From positions 14,931 to 78,930 of the forward strand of contig JAFXTS010000020.1 of assembly GCA_017535665.1 (NCBI GenBank): a DNA stretch of 64,000 nt, in the 5' to 3' direction. The notes beneath the pieces are model-generated. The model searched no databases and was not told the origin of the DNA. It was given only the letters and a program-made list of their open reading frames with translations. This stretch comes from Bacteroidales bacterium (GTDB lineage Bacteria > Bacteroidota > Bacteroidia > Bacteroidales > WCHB1-69). Shown in pieces: positions 17,224-26,909 of this stretch. Every line of letters starts with the position of its first letter. The stretch's first letter is position 1. The position numbers were made by a program, and so were the translations under genes.

Positions 17224-17394
17224 TAAAAAAGGCGCCGCCATTTCGTTGTCTGCTGATTAACTTGGAGGGTTCTGGTAAACCGCTGCGGTAATAAGCACGA
17301 AAAAGCTTGCGCCCCAATACGCAAACTTTCCGCTAACTTATTCTCCCGCTAAAATTTACCAGATTTTCCAAGTGAGAATAAGAGCGTCAAGCTC
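17224..17394 (-). ncRNA. Putative structured leader / cis-regulatory RNA upstream of the XRE gene
   Basis: Several stems plus long-range complementarity 17260-17279 with 17355-17373, downstream of a TACTTTTG box at 17461-17468. Confidence 0.5.
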
Positions 17395-17532
17395 AATGTT
17401 TTATTCTTTCAAAATGATTTACATATTAAGATGTTCTTTTGTTCCTTAAAATTCTAGCTGCAAAAGTACGAATAATTTTATTCTCCCACCCACCCTCTCA
17501 TTCCAATTTTTTCCCGTATTTTTGCCGCCGTT

Positions 17533-18654
17533 ATGAGTAAGAATATCGGTTTCGATGCCAAAAGGGCCTTCAACAACCAGCGCGGACTGGGCAATTACAG
17601 CCGCGAAACGATCCGTATTCTCTCTGCTTACTATTCTGACAATCAGTATTTTCTGTTTACACCGAAAGTGAATTCCACTATTCATTTTCCTCTTCCAGAG
17701 AATGCCCAAGTGCGGATGCCTCACGGCTTGCAAAAGTGTAGCCCTGCACTCTGGCGCACTTTCTCGCTTGCCGGCGAGGCGCAGAAATGCCATCTCGACC
17801 TGTTCCATGGCCTCAGCCACGAACTGCCAGTGGGCATTCAGAAGAAAGATATTCCCACGGTGGTCACCATCCACGACCTCATCTTTCTCAAATTTCCCCA
17901 ACTCTATCCTGCCTTCGACCGGAAAATGTATAAGCGTAAATATTTGTATAGCTGTGAAATAGCGGACAAAATAATCGCCGTGAGCCAGCAGACGAAGCGC
18001 GATTTAGTTGAACTGGCCGGTGTGCCCGAGCAGAAGGTGGAGGTGGTGTATCAAGGGTGCAGCCCGATTTTCCAACAACCCATCTCAGAAGAGCGGGTAG
18101 GGGAGTTGCGCCAAAAGTACGGATTACCCCAGCAGTATGTGCTGAGTGTGGGCGCGCTGGAGGAACGGAAGAATCATATTCTTGTTCTACAGGCACTTGC
18201 GCAACATCCCATTGACATCCCGTTGGTCATCGTCGGCAACGAGACTTCCTATACGCCGGTATTGTACCAATATATTGCCGAGCATCATCTCGAATCGCAG
18301 GTGAAAATCCTGACCGGTGTACCGTTTTCCGATTTTCCTGCCCTCTATCGTGGTGCTTCAGTGTTTGTGTATCCTTCTCTTTTTGAGGGATTTGGGATTC
18401 CGGTTCTGGAGGCGCTCACTTCGCATGTGCCGGTGATTGCTGCTACGGGAAGCTGTTTGGAGGAGAGTGGTGGCCCGCACAGTTGTTATGTTGCCCCTGA
18501 TGCTCCCGATGAGCTGGCCTACCAGCTGGAGCGCATCCTGAGCGATGCAGCCTTGCGGCAAGAAATGATTGCACATGGTGAAGAATATGCTCGTCAGTTC
18601 ACCGACGAGGCCATCGCCCAACGGCTGTGGTCGGTGTACGAGGCTGTGATGTAG
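17533..18654 (+). CDS. Glycosyltransferase family 4 (GT-B)
   Basis: VVTIHDLIF, RKN and FVYPSLFEGFGIPVLEA motifs. Confidence 0.93.
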   Translation: MSKNIGFDAKRAFNNQRGLGNYSRETIRILSAYYSDNQYFLFTPKVNSTIHFPLPENAQVRMPHGLQKCSPALWRTFSLAGEAQKCHLDLFHGLSHELPVGIQKKDIPTVVTIHDLIFLKFPQLYPAFDRKMYKRKYLYSCEIADKIIAVSQQTKRDLVELAGVPEQKVEVVYQGCSPIFQQPISEERVGELRQKYGLPQQYVLSVGALEERKNHILVLQALAQHPIDIPLVIVGNETSYTPVLYQYIAEHHLESQVKILTGVPFSDFPALYRGASVFVYPSLFEGFGIPVLEALTSHVPVIAATGSCLEESGGPHSCYVAPDAPDELAYQLERILSDAALRQEMIAHGEEYARQFTDEAIAQRLWSVYEAVM

Positions 18655-18658
18655 GGGG

Positions 18659-19087
18659 TTACTTCACCAAAATCTCCATTCTCGAGTTGATCATTTTGTA
18701 TCGTGGGTCATCCGCATCCAAGAAAATGGCCTCATCGAAATGAGTGTAGTCCACGCTGTAGCGGGAAATGACAGGGGCTTCGTTCAAGTCCCAAAGCATA
18801 TTCTCTGCTAAAAATTTTACGTAGGCCTCCCTCCAATCTCGGCTGCCCACAAAGAGATAAAGGCTGATTTCGTAAACGTGGGTGGTGTCTCGGTTAAGGA
18901 AGCTGACGAGCTCTGTGATTTTACTCTCCGGTCTGAATGCGCCGTCAATGAAAAGTGGGATGTTCACCACGATGAGATCTCCACTATCTAAATGAGCATC
19001 GGGGCGAGGATAGCCGTAATAAACATATTGGGCGTGCGCGGTCATCGTGAGGATAAATAACGCACAGGCAATCAGTATGTTTCTCAT
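18659..19087 (-). CDS. Secreted hypothetical protein, possibly a degenerate OmpA-like domain
   Basis: Signal peptide ending AHA-Q; C-terminal INSRMEILVK resembles the NRRVEI motif. Confidence 0.6.
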   Translation of the reverse strand: MRNILIACALFILTMTAHAQYVYYGYPRPDAHLDSGDLIVVNIPLFIDGAFRPESKITELVSFLNRDTTHVYEISLYLFVGSRDWREAYVKFLAENMLWDLNEAPVISRYSVDYTHFDEAIFLDADDPRYKMINSRMEILVK

Positions 19088-19098
19088 ATTTTGGGATT

Positions 19099-21855
19099 TT
19101 AGAAAAGTTCCAGCTGGGTGCCGTCCCCCATCGGGTCGTCATCGTCCTCCTCGTCGCCCTCTTTCGGCGCATCAATGGTGTTGAAGATCTCTTTCGCCTC
19201 GTTCATCTCAATCTCCTCGATGCTGCCGGTCGCGATGCCTTCCTCTTCAACCTCTTCCTCCTCGGGCTCTTCCGGCTCTTCGTACGGCAGCGGCTCCAAC
19301 CATTTCACACTCTTGATGGTGCCGAGGTTGAGACGCTTTCCTTTGGCTTTAATTCCTTGTATCTCAATAAATTCATCTACAGAAATCACTTCTGTAAAGA
19401 TGGCTTTCGGGTCTTTCTTGGTGAACTTCACCTCCAACTGCGGCAGCCGGTCAATCGACACCAGCACGAGTTTGATGTCCTTTTCGTTGGGAATGAACTC
19501 GATGCTCTTGTCCGTCAGCTGCGGCGCAAACCGCTTGATGTAGTATTTGTCCTCTTTCTTGTTGTAATAGACCGCCGTGATGACCTTGTGCTGACTGAAT
19601 TTCTTGATGATGGCGAGATTATCCTCGAAATGAGTGGTCAGTTCGTAGCCAGTGATTCTGTAATTTCCTGATAAATAAATGGATATAATTCTGTCATCTT
19701 TTTTGAATTCTCCCAAAAAGTCGCCGCGTTCCTCGTTGTTGAGGCGCATCACAGTGGGGTCGAACCATACGCCGATGGCGGAAAGTGTGGATACGCCCTT
19801 CTCGCTCATCTCGATTTTGGAGACAGGATTGCGCGACAAGATGTTGCCTTTCGAGCTTCTTCCCTTGATAGCTAACGTGCTGAAATCGAACTCGTAGCTC
19901 TTCTTCTTGAGGTTCTTTTTGGGCTTGAGGGTCACCTTCACCTTCTCGGCCTCGCCGTTGGGGTTGACGGTGAAGTATAGCACTTCGGTGCCGCTCTCGC
20001 CTGAGGTGAGGTCGTACTCCTTGTTGCGGGTGATGCCCCCGATGGAGAATCGTTTCACCATGGCGGGACCATTCTTGCCCTTCGAGTAAATCATGTTATA
20101 TACGGTGCGGTCGTCGCCCCGTTTGAACACGCCCACATAGATGATGTGCTTGGCAATGAACTGTTTGTTAGCCACTTTTGTCACGGTGAACTTGCCGTTC
20201 TTCATGAACACGATGATGTCGTCGATGTCGGAGCACTCGCAGGCCAGCTCCACATTGTCGTCTCTCTTCAGGGCGGTGCCGATGAAGCCCTCCTCCTTGT
20301 TGACGTACAGTTTCTGGTTGGCCACGGCCGCGCTCACCACATTGATGGTGTCGAAGTTCTTGATTTCGGTTTTGCGCTCGCGTCCCTTGCCGTATTTTTT
20401 CTTTAACTGCTTGAAATAGTTGATGGTATAGTCGATGATATGGTTGAGATGGTTCTGCGTCTCTTCAATCTGCATCTCCACGTTTTCGATGGCCTCTTCT
20501 GCCTTTTTGATGTCGAATTTGGAGATTTTGCGCACCGGTTTTTCGCAGAGTTTGAGGATGTCCTCATGGGTGATTTCGCGTTTGAAGAGGGGCTGGTAGG
20601 GAATGAAGGCCTTCTGGATATTGTCGATCTGCGTCTCCCACGTGTCGGTGTCTTTTTCGAGTTCTTTATAAATTCTTTTTTCGAAGAAAATCTTCTCCAA
20701 GGACATCCAATGCCATTGACCTTCAAGCTCATGCAGATAGATTTCGAGGTCTTTGCGCAGCATATCCACGGTGTTTTGGGTGTTGATGCGCAGGATTTCG
20801 CTGACGCTGAGCAGGGCGGGTTTGCCGTTGTAGATCACCCACGGGTTGGGGTTGATGTTCATCTGGCAGTCGGTGAAGGCATAGAGTGCGTCGATGGTCT
20901 GGTCGGGTGAGGTGCCGGGCATCAGGTGCAGCACAATCTCGACGGTCTTGGCGGTGTTGTCGTCGATTTTGCGGATTTTCAGTTTGCCCTTTTCAATGGC
21001 GGGAGTGATGGAGTTTTGGATGAGGTCGATGGTATTCGTGCCGTAAGGTATTTCGGTGATTACCAGAGTTTTATTATCTTGAATAGAAATCTTAGCACGG
21101 TTGATGATCTTGCCGCCGAGGGTGCCGTCGTTGTATTTGCTTACGTCGATGCTGCCGCCGGTGGGAAAGTCGGGGTACAGCTCGAAGGGCTTGTTTTCAA
21201 GAATGGCGACCGATGCGTCGAGCAGTTCGTTGAAGTTGTGGGGGAGGATTTTGGTGGCCATACCCACCGCGATGCCCTTCACCCCTTGGGCCAGCAGCAG
21301 CGGGAAACGTATCGGCAGCTGGATGGGCTCCTTGTTGCGGCCGTCGTACGACATCTTCCACTGCGTGATTTTCGGGTTGAACACCACCTCCAGAGCCAGT
21401 TTCGAAAGTCGTGCTTCGATGTAACGCGGGGCAGCAGCGGGGTCGCCGGTCAGAATGTTACCCCAGTTTCCTTGCGTGTCGATGGTCATCTCCTTCTGCC
21501 CCAACTGCACAATGGCATCACCGATGGCCGCATCACCATGGGGGTGATATTTCATGGTGTTACCCACGATGTTGGCCACCTTGTTCATTCTACCATCCTC
21601 CAACTCGCTCATAGAGTGGAGAATACGGCGTTGTACGGGCTTCAACCCGTCATATACATCAGGCAGTGCGCGGTCTAAGATGGAGTAGGAGGCATAGTCC
21701 AAAAACCAGTTCTCAAACATCGACTGCACATACACCACATTTTGCAGATGGTTGCCTTCATTGGCATTGGTCGATTCGATTACAGAATCACCATCTGCAT
21801 CATTCTCATTTTCAGTATTTTCTGCGTCTAAAATTCTATTCTTGTCTTCGTCCAT
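19099..21855 (-). CDS. parC: DNA topoisomerase IV subunit A (Bacteroidota type)
   Basis: RALPDVYDGLKPVQRRIL, YHPHGD, catalytic AAPRYIEARL; Bacteroidota ParC-type C-terminus. Confidence 0.9.
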   Translation of the reverse strand: MDEDKNRILDAENTENENDADGDSVIESTNANEGNHLQNVVYVQSMFENWFLDYASYSILDRALPDVYDGLKPVQRRILHSMSELEDGRMNKVANIVGNTMKYHPHGDAAIGDAIVQLGQKEMTIDTQGNWGNILTGDPAAAPRYIEARLSKLALEVVFNPKITQWKMSYDGRNKEPIQLPIRFPLLLAQGVKGIAVGMATKILPHNFNELLDASVAILENKPFELYPDFPTGGSIDVSKYNDGTLGGKIINRAKISIQDNKTLVITEIPYGTNTIDLIQNSITPAIEKGKLKIRKIDDNTAKTVEIVLHLMPGTSPDQTIDALYAFTDCQMNINPNPWVIYNGKPALLSVSEILRINTQNTVDMLRKDLEIYLHELEGQWHWMSLEKIFFEKRIYKELEKDTDTWETQIDNIQKAFIPYQPLFKREITHEDILKLCEKPVRKISKFDIKKAEEAIENVEMQIEETQNHLNHIIDYTINYFKQLKKKYGKGRERKTEIKNFDTINVVSAAVANQKLYVNKEEGFIGTALKRDDNVELACECSDIDDIIVFMKNGKFTVTKVANKQFIAKHIIYVGVFKRGDDRTVYNMIYSKGKNGPAMVKRFSIGGITRNKEYDLTSGESGTEVLYFTVNPNGEAEKVKVTLKPKKNLKKKSYEFDFSTLAIKGRSSKGNILSRNPVSKIEMSEKGVSTLSAIGVWFDPTVMRLNNEERGDFLGEFKKDDRIISIYLSGNYRITGYELTTHFEDNLAIIKKFSQHKVITAVYYNKKEDKYYIKRFAPQLTDKSIEFIPNEKDIKLVLVSIDRLPQLEVKFTKKDPKAIFTEVISVDEFIEIQGIKAKGKRLNLGTIKSVKWLEPLPYEEPEEPEEEEVEEEGIATGSIEEIEMNEAKEIFNTIDAPKEGDEEDDDDPMGDGTQLELF

Positions 21856-22053
21856 GAAAGCCCGTTTTTAATCAAGGTGCAAATTTACTATGAATATTCG
21901 TAAAAATGGCCTCTTTTTGAGGGAATTTATGAATATCATTTTGTTAAAAGATGTCCCATTTTGCACAGGAAATTTTCGCTGAGATGCCGAAGGCGTGAAA
22001 AAATAGTGTATTTTTGCGCTGCTATTTCAAAATAGACATACCGACCTGCAATT

Positions 22054-22743
22054 ATGGCCCACCACAACCGCACCACATCCCCCTTCCAACAGCTGCTCCA
22101 CTACCTTCTGGGGCTGCCTAAGTCGCTGTATGTCAATTTCCGTTGCCTTCCTTTCGCGCAGGCCGTCCACCTGCCGATACTCGTTTCGCACCATACCCGT
22201 CTCAAACACCTCTATGGGAAGGTTACCGTGAACGGAAAACTCAAGATGGGGCTGGTGAAAATCGGATTGGGCACTTCGCAGTTGGTGGATTTCCGAAGCG
22301 AACGCACGGTCATCGATTTCCGCGGGCGTGTGGAGTTCAATGGCAGGTGTAAGATCGGCGCCGGCTCGCGGGTGATGGTGGCCACTACGGGAACGCTTGT
22401 TTTTCATGATAATTTCTGCAACTCATCCCATCTCAACATCATCTGTTTCAAAAAGATAGTCTTCGGAACCAACAATCATTTCTCTTGGCATACGTTGGTG
22501 ATGGACAGCGACCAGCACGAGGTGGTGGACTGCACCGGACAGCGTGTCAACGAGGATGCCGCTGTTGTCTTCGGCGACAATGTATGGTGCGGCTGCAATG
22601 CTATTGTGTTGAAAGGTACGGAGTTGTGCAGCGATGTGATGGTGGGCGCAGGCTCCGTTGTGCATGGACATCATACCACGCCCCATGTCATCATTGCGGG
22701 AAATCCCGCCAAAATAGTGAAAGAGAATGTCTCTTTGGGTTGA
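22054..22743 (+). CDS. Hexapeptide-repeat acyltransferase
   Basis: MDSD.H, V.FGDNVWCG.NAIVLKG, VGAGSVV, IAGNPAK motifs. Confidence 0.85.
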   Translation: MAHHNRTTSPFQQLLHYLLGLPKSLYVNFRCLPFAQAVHLPILVSHHTRLKHLYGKVTVNGKLKMGLVKIGLGTSQLVDFRSERTVIDFRGRVEFNGRCKIGAGSRVMVATTGTLVFHDNFCNSSHLNIICFKKIVFGTNNHFSWHTLVMDSDQHEVVDCTGQRVNEDAAVVFGDNVWCGCNAIVLKGTELCSDVMVGAGSVVHGHHTTPHVIIAGNPAKIVKENVSLG

Positions 22744-22781
22744 TTTTTATAAATAATTTTATTGATAATCAATAAGTTAAA

Positions 22782-23564
22782 ATGGATAAACTGTCAGTCG
22801 TCATCATCACCTACAACGAAGAGCGCAACATACGCCCCTGTTTGGAAGCGGCCTTGAAGGTGGCCGACGAGGTGCTGGTGGTGGACTCCTTTTCCACCGA
22901 CTGCACCTTGAATATTTGTGAGGAGATGGGCGTGCGTTTCATCCAGCATGAGTGGAAAGGTTATTCCGAACAGAAGAATTTCGCCAATGCCGCTGCCTCT
23001 TACGACTGGATTCTTTCTGTGGATGCCGACGAGGTGCTGGACAACACGTTGCAGCAGGCTATTTTGGAGGCCAAGACGAAAGGTTTTGCGGGAGCTTACC
23101 AAGTGAACCGGCTCACCTTTTACTGCGGGCACCCCATCCGCCATTGCGGCTGGTACCCCGACATCAAGCTGCGGCTGTGGAACCGCACGCAGGGCGAGTG
23201 GGATGGCTATATCCACGAGGAGGTCAAACTTCCGGCGGGTACTCCTATTGCCCGTTTATCTGGCCACCTCAACCATTACTCGTATCATTCTATCAGTGAG
23301 CATATTCGGCAGGCCGACAAGTTTACCGATATGACCGCCCGTGCTGCTTTCGAACGTGGGGAGGGTCGGAAACTCCGCTTTACCATTCTCTGCAAGGCAG
23401 GATGGAAATTCCTGCGGGGCTACTTCTTCCAGCTCGGCTTCCTCGATGGCTACTACGGCATGGTGGTGTGCCGCATCTCCGCTTTCGCCACCTTCCTGAA
23501 ATACACGAAACTGAACGAACTTCACCAGCATGCAAAACATCACTCTGAAACGTCTGATTATTAG
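22782..23564 (+). CDS. Glycosyltransferase family 2 (LPS core beta-1,4-glucosyltransferase-like)
   Basis: LSVVIITYNEE, VDSFSTD, WILSVDADE, WYPD..LRL, GFLDG motifs. Confidence 0.92.
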   Translation: MDKLSVVIITYNEERNIRPCLEAALKVADEVLVVDSFSTDCTLNICEEMGVRFIQHEWKGYSEQKNFANAAASYDWILSVDADEVLDNTLQQAILEAKTKGFAGAYQVNRLTFYCGHPIRHCGWYPDIKLRLWNRTQGEWDGYIHEEVKLPAGTPIARLSGHLNHYSYHSISEHIRQADKFTDMTARAAFERGEGRKLRFTILCKAGWKFLRGYFFQLGFLDGYYGMVVCRISAFATFLKYTKLNELHQHAKHHSETSDY

Positions 23565-24543
23565 TCGCACCGACAGCATCGGCGACGTGATTCTCACCCT
23601 GCCGGTGGCGGGCGAGCTGAAACGGATGTTCCCCGACATCCACATCCTTTTTCTCGGTTCCTCCTACACCCGTCCCATCGTGGAGTGCTGTCCCCATGTG
23701 GATGAGTTTGTGGAATGGACCGAAATTGGTAAGTTGTCGGATGTTGATAAAGTGTTGGCTTTTAAAAAGATGCGGGCTGATACCATCCTCCATGTCTTTC
23801 CGCGACCTGAGATCGCTAAATTGGCAAAGCGGGCAGGGATTCCCGTGCGGATTGGCACGTCGCACCGGATGTATCACTGGCTGACCTGCAACACGAAGGT
23901 GAACCTTTCGCGCCGCCACTCTGATTTGCACGAGTCGCAGCTGAACCTCCAACTGCTCAGTCCGTTAGGGTATGTGCCGCTCGTTAGTTTGGCGGAGGTG
24001 AGGGACAGGCTCTCGATGGTGCCGCCCGCGTTGGATGCTGAGACCCAGCAATGGCTCGACCCCTCGCGCTTCAATCTTATCTTGCATCCCAAGTCGAAGG
24101 GCAGTGCGCGCGAGTGGGGTATCGACCATTTCTGTCGGTTGGTGGACCTGCTGCCCGCCGACCGCTTTCACATCTTTCTGTGCGGCACGGCTGCTGAGCG
24201 CGAGAAGATGGGGACTTTGTTGGATAAGGTAGGGGAGAATGTGACCGACTTATGTGGCAAACTATCTCTTTCACAATACATTGCGTTTATCGCTTCCGCT
24301 GATGCGCTGGTGGCGGCCAGCACCGGACCGTTGCACATTGCGGCGGCTGTTGGCACGCACGCTGTCGGGCTCTATCCGCCCATGCGGCCGATACATCCCG
24401 GCCGGTGGAGGCCGTTAGGCGACCATGTCAAGGTGTTCTGTGTGGAGAAGGAGTGCGAGGCGTGCCGCCACACGATGGAGTGTGCCTGCATGAAGGCCAT
24501 CAAGCCGGAAGCGGTCGCCCAGCACCTGATGGAGTGCTTGTAA
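23530..24543 (+). CDS. Glycosyltransferase family 9 (heptosyltransferase-like)
   Basis: RTDSIGDVILTLP, HPKSKGSAREW, STGPLHIAAA motifs. Confidence 0.92.
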   Translation: MQNITLKRLIISRTDSIGDVILTLPVAGELKRMFPDIHILFLGSSYTRPIVECCPHVDEFVEWTEIGKLSDVDKVLAFKKMRADTILHVFPRPEIAKLAKRAGIPVRIGTSHRMYHWLTCNTKVNLSRRHSDLHESQLNLQLLSPLGYVPLVSLAEVRDRLSMVPPALDAETQQWLDPSRFNLILHPKSKGSAREWGIDHFCRLVDLLPADRFHIFLCGTAAEREKMGTLLDKVGENVTDLCGKLSLSQYIAFIASADALVAASTGPLHIAAAVGTHAVGLYPPMRPIHPGRWRPLGDHVKVFCVEKECEACRHTMECACMKAIKPEAVAQHLMECL

Positions 24544-24549
24544 GGGGCT

Positions 24550-24808
24550 GAGATTCCGTTCCCTCCTATCGTCGGGAACGGAATGGTGGGTGCATTGGGG
24601 ACACATGGAGGATTCGGTGAGGAAAAGTGTGCCGGCGGCACACAATCTTAGTAACCCCAGACAAGCGAAACGGAACGTGAAGCGCAGTCTGGGGTGGGGA
24701 TGCGCCTTACCGCCACCCGCGGCACGCTGACAGGACGATAGCACCTTACGGCGGGTTTGCCGCGGAAGAACTGGGCGGGGGATAGAACAATTATAATAGG
24801 AAAGGTTG
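24550..24808. repeat. Multi-hairpin intergenic repeat, full copy 1
   Basis: ATTCCGTTCCC/GGGAACGGAAT, GTGTGCC/GGCACAC, CCCCAGAC/GTCTGGGG and CCGCGGCA/TGCCGCGG stems; near identical to 27999-28158 and 28908-29120. Confidence 0.95.
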
Positions 24809-24891
24809 AGATTTTTCGGCGAGCATGTGCAAAGCCCACCTCTTACGTCTTGATAATCCTGTTGTTTTTATCCGTTTCCGAACTTCTCAAC
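24805..24891 (-). ncRNA. Candidate ~87-nt small RNA with its own promoter
   Basis: TATCTTTG box at 24896-24903 (minus); transcript would begin at GTTGAGA..TTCGG, which pairs with CCGAA...TCTCAAC; no ORF. Confidence 0.45.
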
Positions 24892-24943
24892 GCTGCAAAG
24901 ATACAAAAAAATCGGTTGAATCATCCTGTAAAATACAACCTTA

Positions 24944-25066
24944 TTACTCAATAGCCTGTATCTTGTCGTATGTACTGAGGTGACCCTTGCTGTAATCGCT
25001 GTAGTTGAGCAGGTAACGCTGGATGTCATTCTCAAAGTTTTCCCCTTGGTTTGCTGAGTAGATTTT
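24944..25066 (-). pseudogene. Orphan 3' gene fragment
   Basis: KIYSANQGENFENDIQRYLLNYSDYSKGHLSTYDKIQAIE then TAA TAA; host-like C-ending codons, no start codon. Confidence 0.5.
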
Positions 25067-25067
25067 G

Positions 25068-25706
25068 TTATTCTTGTATTTTCAAGTTCGTCCCAGCATT
25101 GTCATTGCAGTATTTGACAAAGTCTCGTAATATCTGCAGAGTAGCATCCTCATCTGCGAATTTGCACAAGGGAACAGAGTATGTGATTTTTATAAGGTCA
25201 TGTCTATTCTCTGGGATAAACATTTGCGGAGAATCTTTCAAAACGTTTTGCTCTATGATTTCCTCGGCACGCCAATCCAAATCAGGCGAATCATTAGGCC
25301 TTATGGCTAAATAGAACATTAACCTGCTATCAGATTCTTCCGCTGGTGTGAAGTCTGATATATCGTAATCCCTTTTGCAGTCCTTGTAGCATCCGGTATC
25401 GCTGACCTGAATAACGGAGAATCCTAATGTTTTTTTATCACCAACTGCTTGGTAGCCGATAAAATATTCATACACATAAGTGTAAATCCAGTCCCAGGCC
25501 GACTTGTATTGTCCGATTTTTGTATCATTTTTGGTGACATCGGAAAATCTTTTGTAGCCCCAGTTTTCATTGAATCCGAGTTTGACCCTGATAAACCAGC
25601 ACAAATCTTTCATTCTCCGTTGGTACTCGTATATTAAGCGGTGGGCCTTTCTGACCTCGCAAAATGTGGAAACTAATTGTTCTTCCATTGACTTATTGGT
25701 TGCCAT
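25068..25706 (-). CDS. Hypothetical protein, overlaps the upstream nuclease-like gene
   Basis: 212-aa AT-rich ORF overlapping 25673-26407 by 34 bp. Confidence 0.8.
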   Translation of the reverse strand: MATNKSMEEQLVSTFCEVRKAHRLIYEYQRRMKDLCWFIRVKLGFNENWGYKRFSDVTKNDTKIGQYKSAWDWIYTYVYEYFIGYQAVGDKKTLGFSVIQVSDTGCYKDCKRDYDISDFTPAEESDSRLMFYLAIRPNDSPDLDWRAEEIIEQNVLKDSPQMFIPENRHDLIKITYSVPLCKFADEDATLQILRDFVKYCNDNAGTNLKIQE

Positions 25707-26407
25707 TGCAGTATAATTTTTTCGTTAATAATCTCATTATGTATTGCGTAAAATCCAATCTTGTGATTCTCCCATATATTTAATGCACATTTATTAATCG
25801 TATATTGTCTTTCGGGCAATGTATTCATCCACTCTATCTTCAATACACCTTGCCGAGCAAACATTTCAATCACATCGTCCAAAATACGACAAACACATCC
25901 GTTTTCGTCTTTTGTGTTTCGTTCATTGACAATCGCATTCAGCAAATTGTACCAACTCGCTTTATATACAGGGCAACCAGCTGCAATTCCAGGTTGCATA
26001 TTCTCATTGCCTCCCATTGCAATTAGGAGAATAGGTTTTTCATAGTCATTGTTATTCTGTTCATTCTTAATCGATAGGATTTCATTCTCCCATTGTGTCG
26101 GATATTGACCACTTGCATCTCCAATTTTTGCTTCAATAATGATGTCATATCCTTCCGTCTCAATCCATACATCAGGTTCTACGAAATTCGTATTAGTCGT
26201 ACCAGTTGGATCTGTATGCTCCCAAAAATTGAAGGATATTATTTTGCCGAAATCCATCGATGGCAAATCGTTACAACTATTCCTGAGTATTTCCCAGAAA
26301 ATATCATCGGGTAGATACTGCAATAGACCAATGGATGAAGATGTCTTAAAGTCTTCGTCCATATAGAAGTCAACACTTGATTTTCCTTTGAAATATGATT
26401 GGATCAT
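25673..26407 (-). CDS. Putative PD-(D/E)xK nuclease
   Basis: ED..TS...GLLQYLP, VEPDVWIE......IIEAK, GQY..QW..E; AT-rich. Confidence 0.75.
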   Translation of the reverse strand: MIQSYFKGKSSVDFYMDEDFKTSSSIGLLQYLPDDIFWEILRNSCNDLPSMDFGKIISFNFWEHTDPTGTTNTNFVEPDVWIETEGYDIIIEAKIGDASGQYPTQWENEILSIKNEQNNNDYEKPILLIAMGGNENMQPGIAAGCPVYKASWYNLLNAIVNERNTKDENGCVCRILDDVIEMFARQGVLKIEWMNTLPERQYTINKCALNIWENHKIGFYAIHNEIINEKIILQWQPISQWKNN

Positions 26408-26477
26408 AAAGCAGAAATATAATGGAAATAATAGTCATCTCGCAACATCGCGATTTTAATACTTATTTGTCCTTGAG

Positions 26478-26561
26478 TCAAATAAATGGTTCGCTCGGAA
26501 AATATTTTGCGGTCGACTTGATGAGAATGTAAGCTATGATGGCTCCAATTATCAGATCCAT
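26478..26561 (-). CDS. Possible 27-aa hydrophobic peptide
   Basis: Own translation MDLIIGAIIAYILIKSTAKYFPSEPFI*; below the ORF-track cutoff. Confidence 0.35.
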   Translation of the reverse strand: MDLIIGAIIAYILIKSTAKYFPSEPFI

Positions 26562-26599
26562 AATTGCAGAATTTTGATGTTGCAATATTACAAAAAATA

Positions 26600-26869
26600 T
26601 CAATCCCACAAATCCCAAAAATACTTGTTGAACAACCGGAAAAATTCATTCTTGCATTCTTCCATATAGTCCGATATTTTTCTTTCGTAATCAGAATATT
26701 GGTCGGATACTTTTTTGTATTCCTCTCCGTGAATGGGGTCGTCGTTTGGGCCGTACCATCTACGGCTCCCTGTCTTTTCGGCTGCAGCCTTTTCCTCTTC
26801 CGTTAGCAACTTTTCTCCGTTCACCCCATACTTCTTTGTAAATGCATGACAGATGCGGTGCCACTCCCA
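26600..26869 (-). pseudogene. 5'-truncated hypothetical gene
   Basis: Frame is open from WEWHRICHAFTKKYG to FNKYFWDLWD* but is preceded directly by TAA, with no ATG near the 5' end. Confidence 0.45.
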
Positions 26870-26909
26870 TTAATTAGGGTGAGCATTATTTTGTTCTCGA
26901 AAAAAATTG

